The notes below the pieces were generated by a model. That model was given only the letters and a program-made list of their open reading frames with translations, was not told the origin of the DNA and ran no database searches. A stretch of 64,000 nucleotides of DNA from contig JACAED010000049.1 of the NCBI GenBank assembly GCA_013389025.1, positions 14,490-78,489 on the forward strand, written 5' to 3'. A program made the position numbers and the translations under genes. Source of the DNA: Hydrogenophilaceae bacterium. Lineage in GTDB: Bacteria > Pseudomonadota > Gammaproteobacteria > Burkholderiales > Thiobacillaceae. Shown here piece after piece: positions 28,848 through 41,015 of the stretch (its first letter is position 1; each line of letters opens with the position of its first letter).

Positions 28848-29921
28848 ATGCATTACAAAACCGATGACACCCGTGTCGAGCAGGCAGGTGAACTCATTTC
28901 GCCGGCTAAGCTCATGGCCGACCTGCCCGCGAGCGACAAGGTGACGGAAACCGTCTTTGCCGCGCGCAACCAGATTCACGACGTGCTGCGCGGTGCCGAT
29001 GACCGCCTGGTGGTGATTGTTGGCCCCTGTTCGATTCACGACCCGAGGGCAGCAATCGAATACGCGAAAAAATTGAAGGCGCTGGCTGACGAACTGAGGC
29101 ATGAGCTCATCGTCATCATGCGCGTGTATTTCGAAAAACCACGCACCACCGTGGGCTGGAAAGGGCTGATCAATGATCCGCATCTCGATGAAAGTTTCGA
29201 TATCAATACCGGCCTGCACATGGCGCGCAACATTCTGATCGATATCAATGAACTGGGCCTGCCGGCGGCCACCGAGTTTCTTGACCTGGTGACGCCGCAA
29301 TACCTGGCCGACCTGATTGCCTGGGGCGCGATCGGCGCACGCACGACCGAATCGCAGTCGCACCGGCAACTGGCCTCGGGCATGTCCTGCCCGATCGGTT
29401 TCAAGAATGGCACCGATGGCAATATCAAAATTGCGGTGGATGCCATCAAGGCCTCGGCTGCGCGTCATCATTTCATCTCGGTGACCAAGGCGGGCCAGGT
29501 GGCGGTATTCAAGACCGCTGGCAACGAGGATTGCCATGTCATCCTGCGTGGCGGCAAGCGGCCGAATTACGACAGCGCAAGTGTCGACGCTGCTTGCCAG
29601 GAGCTGGCCCACGCGGGTTTGAGCCAGCATGTCATGATCGACCTGTCCCATGCCAACTCCAGCAAGCAGTACCAGAGGCAGATCGAGGTGGGGCAGGACG
29701 TGGCCAGCCAGATCGCGAAAGGCGAGCACCGCATCATGGGCATCATGATCGAAAGCCACCTCAAGCCGGGACGGCAGGACCAGTGCGTGGGGAAACCCCT
29801 GGAGTATGGCATGTCCATTACCGATGCCTGCATTGGCTGGGATGACACCGAACCATTGCTGCGCGAACTGGCCGCCGCCGTGCAATCTCGCCGCGCCAAA
29901 ACGCCGCTCGAAGACGAATAG
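28848..29921 (+). CDS. aroG: 3-deoxy-D-arabino-heptulosonate 7-phosphate synthase, class I
   Basis: GPCSIHD, RVYFEKPRTTVGWKGLINDP, IGARTTESQ.HR and SITDACIGW. The isoenzyme (aroG/F/H) cannot be resolved. Confidence 0.93.
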   Translation: MHYKTDDTRVEQAGELISPAKLMADLPASDKVTETVFAARNQIHDVLRGADDRLVVIVGPCSIHDPRAAIEYAKKLKALADELRHELIVIMRVYFEKPRTTVGWKGLINDPHLDESFDINTGLHMARNILIDINELGLPAATEFLDLVTPQYLADLIAWGAIGARTTESQSHRQLASGMSCPIGFKNGTDGNIKIAVDAIKASAARHHFISVTKAGQVAVFKTAGNEDCHVILRGGKRPNYDSASVDAACQELAHAGLSQHVMIDLSHANSSKQYQRQIEVGQDVASQIAKGEHRIMGIMIESHLKPGRQDQCVGKPLEYGMSITDACIGWDDTEPLLRELAAAVQSRRAKTPLEDE

Positions 29922-29941
29922 GCGGATGGGGTAGAATATCC

Positions 29942-30041
29942 GTGGCGGGCCTCCCCGCATGGCAGCCCCGTGAACCTGGTCAGGTCCGGAAGGAAGCAGC
30001 CATAGCGGATCGTTACCAGTGCCGGGGTCAAGGCTCGCCAC
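29942..30041 (+). ncRNA. ffs: Signal recognition particle RNA (4.5S)
   Basis: GGTCAGGTCCGGAAGGAAGCAGCC domain IV, pairing ends GTGGCGGGCCT/AGGCTCGCCAC, TAGAAT -10 at 29932, upstream of dnaX. Confidence 0.96.
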
Positions 30042-30187
30042 AAAACCCATTTACAAACCTGCTGTGCTTGTCAGCCTGGAGTTGCGCGGTGCCCGGAATC
30101 CTCATGTATGTTCCTACACACTCCGGTTCCTGCACGCCGGGTGCTTCCAGTCTGGCTGCGCTCGCGACAGTTTCCAAATGGGTTTTG
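30041..30187. repeat. ERIC/IRU-like palindromic intergenic element, copy 2 (about 147 bp)
   Basis: Perfect 12-bp terminal inverted repeat CAAAACCCATTT/AAATGGGTTTTG; the core matches 8220-8276. Confidence 0.75.
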
Positions 30188-30203
30188 CCCATGGAGCAAC
30201 AAC

Positions 30204-31859
30204 GTGTCTGATCTTTTCGGCGAAACTTCGCAACCCGCGGTAGCGCTTGCCCGCAAATGGCGGCCGCGGCGTTTTGCCGATCTCACCGGGCAGGAGCATG
30301 TGGTCAAGGCGCTGTCCAATGCGCTAACCCAGGGACGCCTTCATCACGCCTATCTGTTTACCGGCACGCGCGGCGTGGGCAAGACCACCCTGGCGCGCAT
30401 CCTGGCCAAATGCCTTAACTGCGAAACCGGTGTCACGCCCGAACCGTGCGGCACATGCAGCGCCTGCACGCAAATCGACACCGGCCGCTTTGTCGACCTG
30501 CTTGAACTTGATGCCGCCTCCAACACCGGCGTGGACAACATGCGCGAGGTGCTGGACAACGCGCAGTACGCACCGACCGTCGGCCGCTACAAGGTCTATA
30601 TCATCGACGAAGTGCACATGCTGTCCAAGCCGGCCTTCAATTCCATGCTAAAGACGCTCGAAGAGCCGCCCGAGCACGTCAAATTCATCCTGGCCACCAC
30701 CGACCCGCAAAAGATTCCGGTGACGGTTTTGAGCCGCTGCCTGCAATTCAATCTCAAGCCGATGACGCAGCAGCAGGTTATCCAGCGTCTTGCCCATGTG
30801 CTGGAACAGGAAAACATTAACGCCGAACCTGCCGCGCTCAATCTGCTGGCACGCGCCGCCAACGGCAGCATGCGCGATGCATTGTCCTTGACGGACCAGG
30901 CCATTGCCCACGGAGCTGGCGCACTGGATGCGGCAGGCGTCGAAGCCATGCTGGGCACCGTGCGGCAGGATTACCTGTTTGACATTCTGGATGCCCTGGC
31001 GCGGCAGGATGCCGATGGCCTGCTGCAACAGCCACGTTTGCTTTCCGAACAGGGTATTTCTCTGGATGCCACCTTGCAGGATCTTGGTGCGTTGCTCACC
31101 AAAATCGCGCTGGCGCAGATTACGCCCCAGGCCGTCCAGGATGATCAGGAGGCGACGCGCATTGTTGAAATGGCCGCAAGGCTCGATGCCGAAACCGTGC
31201 AGCTTTATTACCAGATTGCTGTCAACGGTCGCCGCGATCTGCCTTATGCGCCAGACGAGATTTCCGGCTTCAGCATGACGCTGTTGAGGATGCTGGCGTT
31301 TACTCCTGAACATTCGGTTTCCCGCGATACAGTTGCCAGTGGAAGCAACAACACCCAGCCGGCACAGGCCCGCATGGCACAGCCTGCTACGGTGGCCAGT
31401 CGTCCAGCTCCCCCGCCCGCGCAAAATTCTGCCCCGGTGGCAGAAACCAGAGCCGAAAGCACTCATGCCACTTCATCCGATTGGCCTGCAATCGTCGCCA
31501 GCCTCAAGCTCGGCGGCATGGCCCGCATGCTGGCAGACCAGTGCGAGCTCAAAAGCCACAACGGCAACACCATTCTGCTGGGCCTGGCCGAAGCGCACAA
31601 ACATCTGCTCGACAAAACCTATCAGGACAAACTGGTTACCGCGCTCAAGCAAAAGTTCGGCGAACAGCTCAAGGTGCAAATCGAGCTCGGCGCGGCCTCC
31701 GGGCAAAGTCCCGTCGAAGTGCGCGCCCGCGCCAAAGCGGAAAAACAGGCCGAGGCGGTCGCCGCCATCGAGTCCGATCCCTTCATACGCGAGCTGGTCG
31801 ATCAGTTCGATGCGCGCATCGACCCGGCAAGCATACAATCCTTAGGAGAACAGCAATGA
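30204..31859 (+). CDS. dnaX: DNA polymerase III subunit gamma/tau
   Basis: [24 protein letters not shown] and SRC; GTG start after GGAG. Confidence 0.96.
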   Translation: MSDLFGETSQPAVALARKWRPRRFADLTGQEHVVKALSNALTQGRLHHAYLFTGTRGVGKTTLARILAKCLNCETGVTPEPCGTCSACTQIDTGRFVDLLELDAASNTGVDNMREVLDNAQYAPTVGRYKVYIIDEVHMLSKPAFNSMLKTLEEPPEHVKFILATTDPQKIPVTVLSRCLQFNLKPMTQQQVIQRLAHVLEQENINAEPAALNLLARAANGSMRDALSLTDQAIAHGAGALDAAGVEAMLGTVRQDYLFDILDALARQDADGLLQQPRLLSEQGISLDATLQDLGALLTKIALAQITPQAVQDDQEATRIVEMAARLDAETVQLYYQIAVNGRRDLPYAPDEISGFSMTLLRMLAFTPEHSVSRDTVASGSNNTQPAQARMAQPATVASRPAPPPAQNSAPVAETRAESTHATSSDWPAIVASLKLGGMARMLADQCELKSHNGNTILLGLAEAHKHLLDKTYQDKLVTALKQKFGEQLKVQIELGAASGQSPVEVRARAKAEKQAEAVAAIESDPFIRELVDQFDARIDPASIQSLGEQQ

Positions 31860-32179
31860 TCAAAGGCGGAATTGGCAACCTGATGAAACAGGTGCAACAA
31901 ATGCAGGACAACATGCAAAAGGCACAGGCACAACTGGCTGAAATCGAAGTCGAAGGCGTCTCTGGTGCCGGCATGGTCAAGGTCACCATGACCTGCCGCA
32001 ACGACGTTAGGCGTGTGCAAATCGATGCCGGCGTCATGGACGACAAGGAAATGCTGGAAGACCTCATCGCTGCCGCCGTCAACGACGCCATCCGCAAGGC
32101 CGAGCAGACCACCCAGGAAAAAATGGGCGCGTTTACCCAGGGGCTACCACTGCCGCCGGGGATGAAGTTGCCGTTCTAG
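31856..32179 (+). CDS. ybaB: YbaB/EbfC nucleoid-associated protein
   Basis: MKQVQQMQ...GAGMVKVT...[17 protein letters not shown]...PPGMKLPF; ATGA overlap with dnaX. Confidence 0.95.
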   Translation: MIKGGIGNLMKQVQQMQDNMQKAQAQLAEIEVEGVSGAGMVKVTMTCRNDVRRVQIDAGVMDDKEMLEDLIAAAVNDAIRKAEQTTQEKMGAFTQGLPLPPGMKLPF

Positions 32180-32275
32180 CCCAGTGGAACAAAATGGATT
32201 TCTGCTCATCTTGCCGTCAAGCCTTTGCTGGCAAGGGAATGGATTGGATTCCCGGCGGCTCATGAAATATCCGGG

Positions 32276-32628
32276 CTAGGTCCTCGTCCTGGTTTGGGAA
32301 GTGGCGGTAAGTTTTGCGAAACTGATGGCAGCGAGAAAAAATACCACCGACAATCCGATTTCAATCAACCCCAGCGTCGCGGATAGCCCCTTGTCCGACC
32401 ACGCGCGCATGATGCCTTCGGTGAAGTACAGCAGGATGAACATGGACATCCACTGGTAGGTGTAACGGCGGCCCTTGAGGATGCCCATCAGCGGAATCAG
32501 CAGCACGACGGCTTTCAATACCAGCCAAGAGCCGCCGGGTTTGAGCGGCGCGAGCCACAGTTCCCACGCCAGGTTGAGGAAAATCAGCGCGATGAGGCTG
32601 GCGCTGGCGACGAATTGCAGGGTACGGA

Positions 32629-32632
<4 letters not shown>
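32276..32632 (-). CDS. DUF2069-family membrane protein
   Basis: WELWLAPL.PGGSWL.LK...GRRYTYQW...YFTEG. Confidence 0.85.
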
Positions 32633-33920
<1,288 letters not shown>

Positions 33921-33956
33921 TCAATGAAAGACTCATTGTACTTTTGAGGAGCGCGT

Positions 33957-34301
33957 ATGCGTCAATGTTTCGGCTGGCTGCTGGCCACGATTGCGGCAGG
34001 TCTATTTGCCTTGAGTCTGAACCGGTGGACGGCTCAGACCGGCTTACCCCAGTATCTGGGGTATGGCATCGGCTATGCAGGGTTTGCGATTCTGCTACTG
34101 CTGGCACTGAAGAAATGCCGTCCAGCATGGCATCCGGCCATGCAAAGGATGGTAACGCTTCTGGTGGGCGCGGGACTTGCGGCGCTGGATGTGTTTGTAT
34201 CCGGTTTATCGGGTGAAACAGCCCAGCAGACTTTTTTCAGTGCACTGCTCGGCGTGGCGCTGGTGCAAGTGGTGGCGAAGTTTGCCGACAGGAAACCATA
34301 G
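33957..34301 (+). CDS. Hypothetical membrane protein
   Basis: GAGGAG RBS and about four hydrophobic segments; no family recognised. Confidence 0.65.
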   Translation: MRQCFGWLLATIAAGLFALSLNRWTAQTGLPQYLGYGIGYAGFAILLLLALKKCRPAWHPAMQRMVTLLVGAGLAALDVFVSGLSGETAQQTFFSALLGVALVQVVAKFADRKP

Positions 34302-34356
34302 GGGCAGACCTGCCTGCGATTCGTGATGTCCAGCAAAGACAAGCCCTGCAAACCCA

Positions 34357-35757
34357 TTAGCCCCCGCCGCCGCCCGAACCGATACCATGCGCGGCTTGCA
34401 AGACCAGCGCATCGAATTCTTCTGCTTGCATCAGACCTTTTTCGACCACGATGTCTTTTACCGGACGGCCGGATTTTTCCGATTCCTTGGCGATTTCCGC
34501 TGCCTGCATGTAGCCGATTGTCGTGTTGAGCAGAGTGGCAAGCCCCACGCTTTGATGAATGAAGAAGGCGCAGCGCTCGCGATTGACGACGATGCCTTTC
34601 AGGTTCTTTTCCGTGGCGGCGTTCATGGCGTTGGTCAGCCAGTCCATGGCGTCGAACAGAGCGCTGCCCATGGCGGGCATCATGACATTCAATTCCAGTT
34701 GCCCGGCTTGCGACATCAGGGCCACCGCGTGATCCTGGCCAAGAACCTGGTAACACACCTGGTTGAGCATCTCGAACATGACCGGGTTGACCTTGCCGGG
34801 CATGATGGAAGAGCCGGGCTGCACCGCAGGCAGGGTGATTTCGCCCAGTCCCGTGCGCGGGCCGGAGGCCAGCAAGCGTAAATCATTGGAAATTCTTGTC
34901 AGCTCCAGCGCCAGGCCGCGTATACGGGCCGACAAATCCTGCAAATCCAGCATGGATTGCATCTGGGCGGCGAGCTGGCTCGATTGGATCGGTTCGCCGG
35001 TGAGTCTGGCCAGCTCTGCCGCAACCTTTTCCGGGTAGCCCGGCGAGGTATTGAGCGCAGTGCCCGCGGCCGAGCCGCCAAGGCCGATTTGGGCGAGTTT
35101 CTCCCGGCAGCATGCCAGGTTTCCGGCCGCCCGGCGCAGCGTCCAGGCGTAGGCGGCAAACTCGATGCCTATCGTCGTTGGCACGGCATCCTGCAAGTGG
35201 GTGCGGCCAGATTTGACGGTGTCCTTTTCGCGATCGGCCAGGCGCTCGAATTCGGTCGCCATGCGGTCAACCGCATCGAGCAGACGCGGCAGCTTGGCCA
35301 GACAGGCAAGGCGAATGGCAGTAGGGATGGTGTCGTTGGTGGACTGGCCCATATTGACGTCGTCATTGGGGTTGACCGGCTTGTAACTGCCTTTCTCCCC
35401 GCCTAGCGCGACATTGGCCAGATTGGCGACGACTTCGTTGGTATTCATGTTGTGGCTGGTGCCCGCGCCGGCCTGGAAACGGTCGACCACGAACTGGTCC
35501 AAATGTGCCCCTTGCAGGATCTGCTCGCAGACCTTCACAATGGCATCGCGCTTGCTTTCCGGCAGCCACCCAGGTTGGCAGTTGGCATGTGCCGCCGCCA
35601 GTTTGATCATGACGTGGGCGCGGATAAAATCCACGTCGGGCTTGCGGCCGGAGATCGGGAAATTGTCGATGGCGCGCGCAGTCTGGATGCCGTACCAGGC
35701 CTGCGCGGGAACTTGATACTCGCCCAGCGAGTCTTTCTCGATACGATAATCACTCAT
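34357..35757 (-). CDS. aspA: Aspartate ammonia-lyase (fumarase/aspartase superfamily)
   Basis: RIEKDSLG, QAGAGTS.NMN.NEV, KSGRTHLQDA, GSSIMPGKVNP and GQLELNVM. Class II fumarase is not fully excluded. Confidence 0.78.
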   Translation of the reverse strand: MSDYRIEKDSLGEYQVPAQAWYGIQTARAIDNFPISGRKPDVDFIRAHVMIKLAAAHANCQPGWLPESKRDAIVKVCEQILQGAHLDQFVVDRFQAGAGTSHNMNTNEVVANLANVALGGEKGSYKPVNPNDDVNMGQSTNDTIPTAIRLACLAKLPRLLDAVDRMATEFERLADREKDTVKSGRTHLQDAVPTTIGIEFAAYAWTLRRAAGNLACCREKLAQIGLGGSAAGTALNTSPGYPEKVAAELARLTGEPIQSSQLAAQMQSMLDLQDLSARIRGLALELTRISNDLRLLASGPRTGLGEITLPAVQPGSSIMPGKVNPVMFEMLNQVCYQVLGQDHAVALMSQAGQLELNVMMPAMGSALFDAMDWLTNAMNAATEKNLKGIVVNRERCAFFIHQSVGLATLLNTTIGYMQAAEIAKESEKSGRPVKDIVVEKGLMQAEEFDALVLQAAHGIGSGGGGG

Positions 35758-35769
35758 GGTCAGATCACG

Positions 35770-36270
35770 ATGATGCAAAGAAAAATTACATTCTACCTGC
35801 TGGCTCGGGCTTTATTGCTTGGGGGGTTCCTGCTTGGCCTGGGCAATGCGGCGCGCGCGGCGGACTTCACATTGACGGACAGTACCGGGAAAATCCACAA
35901 GCTCTCCCAGTACAAGGGCAAATGGGTGCTGGTCAATTTCTGGGCGACCTGGTGTCCCCCCTGCCTGGCCGAGATTCCCGACCTGAATGATCTGCATGAA
36001 GACAAGAAAAGCAATGTGGCAGTATTTGGTATTGCGCTTCAGTACGCCAATCCCAAACAGGTGATTGATTTTGCAGAAGGGCTGATGGTGAGCTACCCGA
36101 TCGTGCTGGGCAATCCAAAAATCGCCTCGCAAATCGGTCCGGTGGATGGCTTGCCGACGACCTATCTTTATAATCCGCATGGCAAACTGGTGGCGCATCA
36201 ACTGGGGCCGATTACCAAGGAAGCAGTCGTGGAATTCATCCGTGGCGCCGACAAGAGCGCCAATAAATAA
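35770..36270 (+). CDS. TlpA-family thiol:disulfide oxidoreductase, exported
   Basis: Signal peptide, VNFWATWCPPC..EIP and GLPTTYL. Confidence 0.9.
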   Translation: MMQRKITFYLLARALLLGGFLLGLGNAARAADFTLTDSTGKIHKLSQYKGKWVLVNFWATWCPPCLAEIPDLNDLHEDKKSNVAVFGIALQYANPKQVIDFAEGLMVSYPIVLGNPKIASQIGPVDGLPTTYLYNPHGKLVAHQLGPITKEAVVEFIRGADKSANK

Positions 36271-36279
36271 GGGGCAGAG

Positions 36280-36798
36280 ATGAAACGCTGGCTTGGTTTT
36301 TTGCTGTTGCTGTTTCCGCTGGTTTCGATTGCCGAGGTTCGTGACCCGGGGCAGCATTTTTTCAATCCCAAACTGGGCGACTTCAAGGAAGAACTCGCCG
36401 CCGCCAAACAGGAAGGCAAGAAGGCCATCATGTTGTTTTTCGAAATGGATGATTGTCCGTTTTGCGCGCGCATGAAATCGACCATCCTCAACCAATCTGA
36501 CGTGCAGGATCTTTACCGCCAGAATTTTTTGATGTATCCCATTGATACCCAGGGCGACACGCCCATGACCGATTTTTCCGGCAAGGACACGATCGAGAAG
36601 GCCTTTGCCCTTGAGCATCGCGTGCGCGCCACACCGACCATTGTGTTCTTCGACCTGGACGGCAAGCCGATCGTGCGGCATACCGGCCCGGCCAAGGACA
36701 AGGAAGACTTCATGTTGTTGGGCAAGTATGTGCTTGAGGGCGCGTATCGGTCCATGCCGTATACCCGTTACAAACAGAACCAGAATCCAAAACAATAA
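36280..36798 (+). CDS. SoxW-like thioredoxin-fold periplasmic protein
   Basis: Signal peptide, FEMDDCPFCARMK and VRATPTIVFFD..G. Confidence 0.82.
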   Translation: MKRWLGFLLLLFPLVSIAEVRDPGQHFFNPKLGDFKEELAAAKQEGKKAIMLFFEMDDCPFCARMKSTILNQSDVQDLYRQNFLMYPIDTQGDTPMTDFSGKDTIEKAFALEHRVRATPTIVFFDLDGKPIVRHTGPAKDKEDFMLLGKYVLEGAYRSMPYTRYKQNQNPKQ

Positions 36799-38081
36799 TG
36801 CGCGGCTGGCTGCTTGTGCTCCAGTTTGCAGGATTGCCGGCGCTGGCACAGGGGCCCGTTCTCACGCTTGAAGCCGCGCTTGCGGCTGTCGATGCACCTC
36901 ATCCGCAAATAATGGCGGCGCAGGCGGATCTGAATCTTGCGCTTGCCGACCTGAGTCTGGCGGACAGCTCCAAGAATCCCGTGCTGAATCTGGAAGGCCA
37001 GTTGCGTCGTGGTCAGACAACATTGAATGGCAGAGATTGGGAAGACGATCACGGCGCGCGTCTGGTGTTCCGTAAGCCCTTGCTGGATTTCGGCCGCGAA
37101 AGCGGTCAGGTCGAAGCGGCAAAACAGGAAGTTTCCGCCCGTCGTCTGGCGCTGCTGGATGTTCGGGATGCACGCCGCATCGACATCATGGCGCGCTATT
37201 TCGACGTGCTGCTGGCCGATGCGCAGTATGCCGCCGACAATGAATACATGGCCGTCTATTACGTGAGTTGGGATGACGCCAAAAAGAAATTCGAGCTTGG
37301 CGATATGAATCCGCGTGATCTGGCTCAACTCGAAGCGCGTTATCAGGATCAGCGCGAAAAACGCAACCGCAGCCTGCTGAACGTGCGTACCGCCCGGCAA
37401 AAACTTGCAAATGCCATCAATCGCCCCGGCCAGTTACCTGTCGAAGTTGTGCCGCCGGCCTTGCCGCAGAACGAGCTGAAATTGCCGGACTATGAAGCCA
37501 TGCTGCCTGTCGCGATCAAGAACAACCGGCAATTGCTGGCTCAGGATGCACGCTTGAAAGCAGTAGCGGCACGATCCGAGGCCATACGCGCAGATCGCAC
37601 GCCAACTCTGGATTTGGAATTGTATGCGTCGGATTACAACCGCGATACAGCGACCCGCGACCGTTACAGTGCGGGCCTGGTTTTCAGCTGGCCCTTGTAT
37701 CAGGGTGAACGTATCGACAGCAGGCTGGCGCGTGAAGACGCCCAGCGGGCGCGCCTGGAAGCTGTGTACGAGCAGGGCAAACGCGATCTGGCGGATGCCC
37801 TGCTGGAGACAATGTTGGAAATCGAATGGCTGAAAACCGCCGCGCGGCAGGCGGCCAAGGTTCAGGTCGAGTACCGGGATCAGGCACTGGAACGGGCGCG
37901 TGGCGAGTACGAGCTAGAGCTCAAAACCAGCCTGGGAACAGCGATGGCTGATACTCAAGTCGCGGCCATTCGGCAGAAGCAGGTGGAATACCGGCTGGCG
38001 CTGGCCATCGCACGATTGGAAGCACTGACTGGAATGTCCCTGAAAGAATTTGCACAGGCATCTACGCAAGGAACGCCATGA
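36798..38081 (+). CDS. TolC-family outer membrane protein
   Basis: LTLEAAL...HP, PLLDFG, YFDVLLA, SWPLYQG and C-terminal LEALTG. Confidence 0.88.
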   Translation: MRGWLLVLQFAGLPALAQGPVLTLEAALAAVDAPHPQIMAAQADLNLALADLSLADSSKNPVLNLEGQLRRGQTTLNGRDWEDDHGARLVFRKPLLDFGRESGQVEAAKQEVSARRLALLDVRDARRIDIMARYFDVLLADAQYAADNEYMAVYYVSWDDAKKKFELGDMNPRDLAQLEARYQDQREKRNRSLLNVRTARQKLANAINRPGQLPVEVVPPALPQNELKLPDYEAMLPVAIKNNRQLLAQDARLKAVAARSEAIRADRTPTLDLELYASDYNRDTATRDRYSAGLVFSWPLYQGERIDSRLAREDAQRARLEAVYEQGKRDLADALLETMLEIEWLKTAARQAAKVQVEYRDQALERARGEYELELKTSLGTAMADTQVAAIRQKQVEYRLALAIARLEALTGMSLKEFAQASTQGTP

Positions 38082-38584
38082 ACACGAAACGGTTTTTATT
38101 TGGCGCGTTGCTGTTTGCCTCGCCAGCATTCGCCGCCGACAGTGTGAACCTGACCACACCCGTGTCCGGGGTGGTGAAAGCGGTGTTCGTGGAGCCGGGC
38201 CAGCGGGTGAAGAAAGGTGACAGGCTGCTTGCCCTGGATGATGTCCGCTATCAGGCAAAACTGATGGAAGCCGAGGCAAGGGTCATGCGCGCGAAACAGG
38301 AAGCCGACGATGCGGACAAGGATTTGAAGCGCGCCGAAGAGCTGTATGCGCGGGGCGTCAGTTCAACCACGGAACTGGACGCGTCCAGGCTCCGCCATGC
38401 GCGCGCGGGTGCATCGCTGAAGGAGGCCCTGGCACGCCAGATCATCGCGCAAAAGAATCTCGATGATACGGTACTGAGGGCGCCGTTTGATGGGGTGGTC
38501 AAAAGCCGCGAAGCCGAGCCCGGGATGTATGTTCCCGCTGAGCTCGACCCGCCGGTATTGGTGATACTGAATAAGGTGAAATAA
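38078..38584 (+). CDS. Short periplasmic adaptor (membrane fusion protein-like)
   Basis: Lipoyl halves VSGVV..V.VEPGQRVKKGD.L and LRAPFDGVV flank an alpha-hairpin; signal peptide ends AFA. Confidence 0.85.
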   Translation: MNTKRFLFGALLFASPAFAADSVNLTTPVSGVVKAVFVEPGQRVKKGDRLLALDDVRYQAKLMEAEARVMRAKQEADDADKDLKRAEELYARGVSSTTELDASRLRHARAGASLKEALARQIIAQKNLDDTVLRAPFDGVVKSREAEPGMYVPAELDPPVLVILNKVK

Positions 38585-38614
38585 ATTGGAAATCGCTGAT
38601 TGATCGGAGGTTCC

Positions 38615-39238
38615 CTAGTATCGGGCCGTCCGTAAGGGCGGGGTGTATTGCCAGTTTTTCTTCCACGCGCTAACCACCAGGGTCGGGTATTCCGGCCGGC
38701 CAAGGCTGCCGTTGTAGCGGCCCAGCGCGCGATAAAGATTGCCTTTTTCGATATCGATGTAATGGCGCAGGATCAGCGCGCCATATCTGAGGTTGGTGCG
38801 CAGATGGAAGAGATTGTGTTCCGGCGTGCCGATCACCTTGATCCAGAAGGGCATCACCTGGGTATATCCACGTGCGCCTACGGGTGAGACGGCATATTTC
38901 TTGAAACCGCTTTCAACCTGGATCAGACCCAGCATCAATTCAGGGTCGAGCCCGGCGCGGGTCGCTTCGTAATAGAGGGTTTGCAGGAATTCCATGCGGA
39001 ATTCTTCATCAGGGATGCGCTTGGTCAGCCGTCTGGACATCTCAGACAACCACGCCTGGGTTTGTGGAGCCCGCAATACGGAAACCTCGGTGACAGCCAC
39101 ATCGGCCAATGCCTTGGACAAATGCGCGCGTGCAGAAGCCGACATGGGCTCATAGATCTGTGCGCCCGCCTGGGCCACTTGAACAGCCAGCATCAAGCCA
39201 GCGGCAAAAGCAAATTTCATTGTATGGCCAAACATCAT
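38615..39238 (-). CDS. Lytic transglycosylase (SLT domain)
   Basis: [22 protein letters not shown] and ALGRYNG. Confidence 0.92.
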   Translation of the reverse strand: MMFGHTMKFAFAAGLMLAVQVAQAGAQIYEPMSASARAHLSKALADVAVTEVSVLRAPQTQAWLSEMSRRLTKRIPDEEFRMEFLQTLYYEATRAGLDPELMLGLIQVESGFKKYAVSPVGARGYTQVMPFWIKVIGTPEHNLFHLRTNLRYGALILRHYIDIEKGNLYRALGRYNGSLGRPEYPTLVVSAWKKNWQYTPPLRTARY

Positions 39239-40953
39239 CGATTTCTGAACCTGTTTGTAAAAAAATCCGACACTTCCTTTAACGGCATTTCCTGGGCCGC
39301 ACTTTCGCGCCGGTTGAGGTATTCGATCATGCCGTTCTTCAGTCCGCGATCGCCAATCGTAATCCGGTGCGGAATGCCGATCAGTTCGGCATCGGCAAAC
39401 ATGACGCCTGGCCGTTCATCGCGGTCATCCAGCAAGACTTCAATTCCGGCTTCCTCAAACTCCATATATAGCGTATCGGCGGCTTTCCGGACCGCCTCGC
39501 TTTTGTGATAGCCGATCGGTGAAATTATAAGCAAGAATGGTGCCATCGATTCCGGCCAGATGATGCCGCGCTCATCGTGATTTTGCTCGATGGCGGCGGC
39601 CACCACGCGCGAAACCCCAATTCCATAACAGCCCATTTCCATGATCTGTGTTTTGCCCTGTTCGTCCAGAAAACTCGCACTCAGGGCTTGCGAATACTTC
39701 GTGCGCAACTGAAACACATGACCGACTTCGATTCCGCGGCAGAGTTCCAGCGTGCCCTTGCCGTCGGGGCTCGGGTCGCCGCTTTCGACATTGCGAATAT
39801 CCGCCACCAGGTCGGGCTCCTGCAGGTCGCGGCCGAAATTGACGCCGGCCAGGTGATACTTGGGTTTGTTGGCGCCACAGACAAAATCACTCATTGCGGC
39901 CACCGTGCGGTCGGCAACGACCTTGATTTTGCTTCGATCCAGTCCAACAGGCCCGAGGAACCCCGGTGGGCAGTTGAAGGCGCCGCGGATTTCTTCTTCG
40001 GTAGCAAAGCGAAAATCTGCCAGGCCATCGATTTTCCCAAGTTTGACTTCATTGAGGCTATGGTCGCCACGAATCAGCGCGACGGCCATTTTCCCGTCTG
40101 CCATCACGGCAATCAGTTTGACCGTGCGTTCGAGCGGGATGCCCAGCAAGGCGGCGACATCCTCGCAGGTTGTCTGTTTGGGGGTTTCCACATCGCGCAG
40201 CGTTTCCTGCGGCGGCTGACGCGAGGTGGCAGGGGCCAGCGCTTCAGCCAGCTCGACATTGGCGGCGTAATCCGAATTCGGGCAATAGGCCAGCGCGTCC
40301 TCACCGGAATCGGCCAGCACATGGAATTCGTGTGAGCCAGAGCCGCCAATCGCGCCTGTATCCGCGGCAACGGCACGGAATTTCAAGCCCAGACGGGTGA
40401 AGATGCGCGTGTAGGTATCGTACATGTTGCGGTATTCGCGCTGAAGGTCCTCGAAGTTCGAGTGAAAGGAATACGCATCCTTCATCAAAAATTCGCGCGC
40501 ACGCATGACGCCAAAGCGGGGCCGGATCTCATCGCGGAACTTGGTCTGGATCTGATAGAAATTGACCGGTAACTGGCGGTATGAACGGATTTCCTTGCGC
40601 GCAATGTCGGTGATGACTTCCTCGTGGGTCGGCCCAAAGCAGAAATCACGCTGATGCCGATCCTTGATTTTCAGCATCTGGGGGCCGAACACTGCCCAGC
40701 GGCCGGATTCTTCCCACAACTCGGCAGGTTGTACGGCAGGCATGAACAATTCCACCGCGCCAGCGCGATTCATTTCCTCGCGCACGATTGCTTCCACCTT
40801 GCGCAGCACGCGAAGCCCCAGCGGCATCCAGGTGTAAAGGCCCGACCCCAGCCGGCGAATCATGCCTGCGCGCAACATCAATTTGTGCGAAATGAGCTCC
40901 GCCTCGGCAGGGGCTTCCTTGCTGGTGGATAGAAAAAACTGCGAAAGACGCAT
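39235..40953 (-). CDS. proS: Prolyl-tRNA synthetase
   Basis: [29 protein letters not shown] and [10 protein letters not shown]. Confidence 0.97.
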   Translation of the reverse strand: MRLSQFFLSTSKEAPAEAELISHKLMLRAGMIRRLGSGLYTWMPLGLRVLRKVEAIVREEMNRAGAVELFMPAVQPAELWEESGRWAVFGPQMLKIKDRHQRDFCFGPTHEEVITDIARKEIRSYRQLPVNFYQIQTKFRDEIRPRFGVMRAREFLMKDAYSFHSNFEDLQREYRNMYDTYTRIFTRLGLKFRAVAADTGAIGGSGSHEFHVLADSGEDALAYCPNSDYAANVELAEALAPATSRQPPQETLRDVETPKQTTCEDVAALLGIPLERTVKLIAVMADGKMAVALIRGDHSLNEVKLGKIDGLADFRFATEEEIRGAFNCPPGFLGPVGLDRSKIKVVADRTVAAMSDFVCGANKPKYHLAGVNFGRDLQEPDLVADIRNVESGDPSPDGKGTLELCRGIEVGHVFQLRTKYSQALSASFLDEQGKTQIMEMGCYGIGVSRVVAAAIEQNHDERGIIWPESMAPFLLIISPIGYHKSEAVRKAADTLYMEFEEAGIEVLLDDRDERPGVMFADAELIGIPHRITIGDRGLKNGMIEYLNRRESAAQEMPLKEVSDFFTNRFRNR

Positions 40954-41015
40954 GATGTGAAGTGTTGGGTAAAATGAAACAGCTATTTTACCTGACCGCT
41001 GACCCCTGGCTTCCC

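Noticed and set aside
30204-31859. Programmed frameshift in dnaX
   Set aside because: No A-AAA-AAG slippery site or long A run was seen in the linker region.
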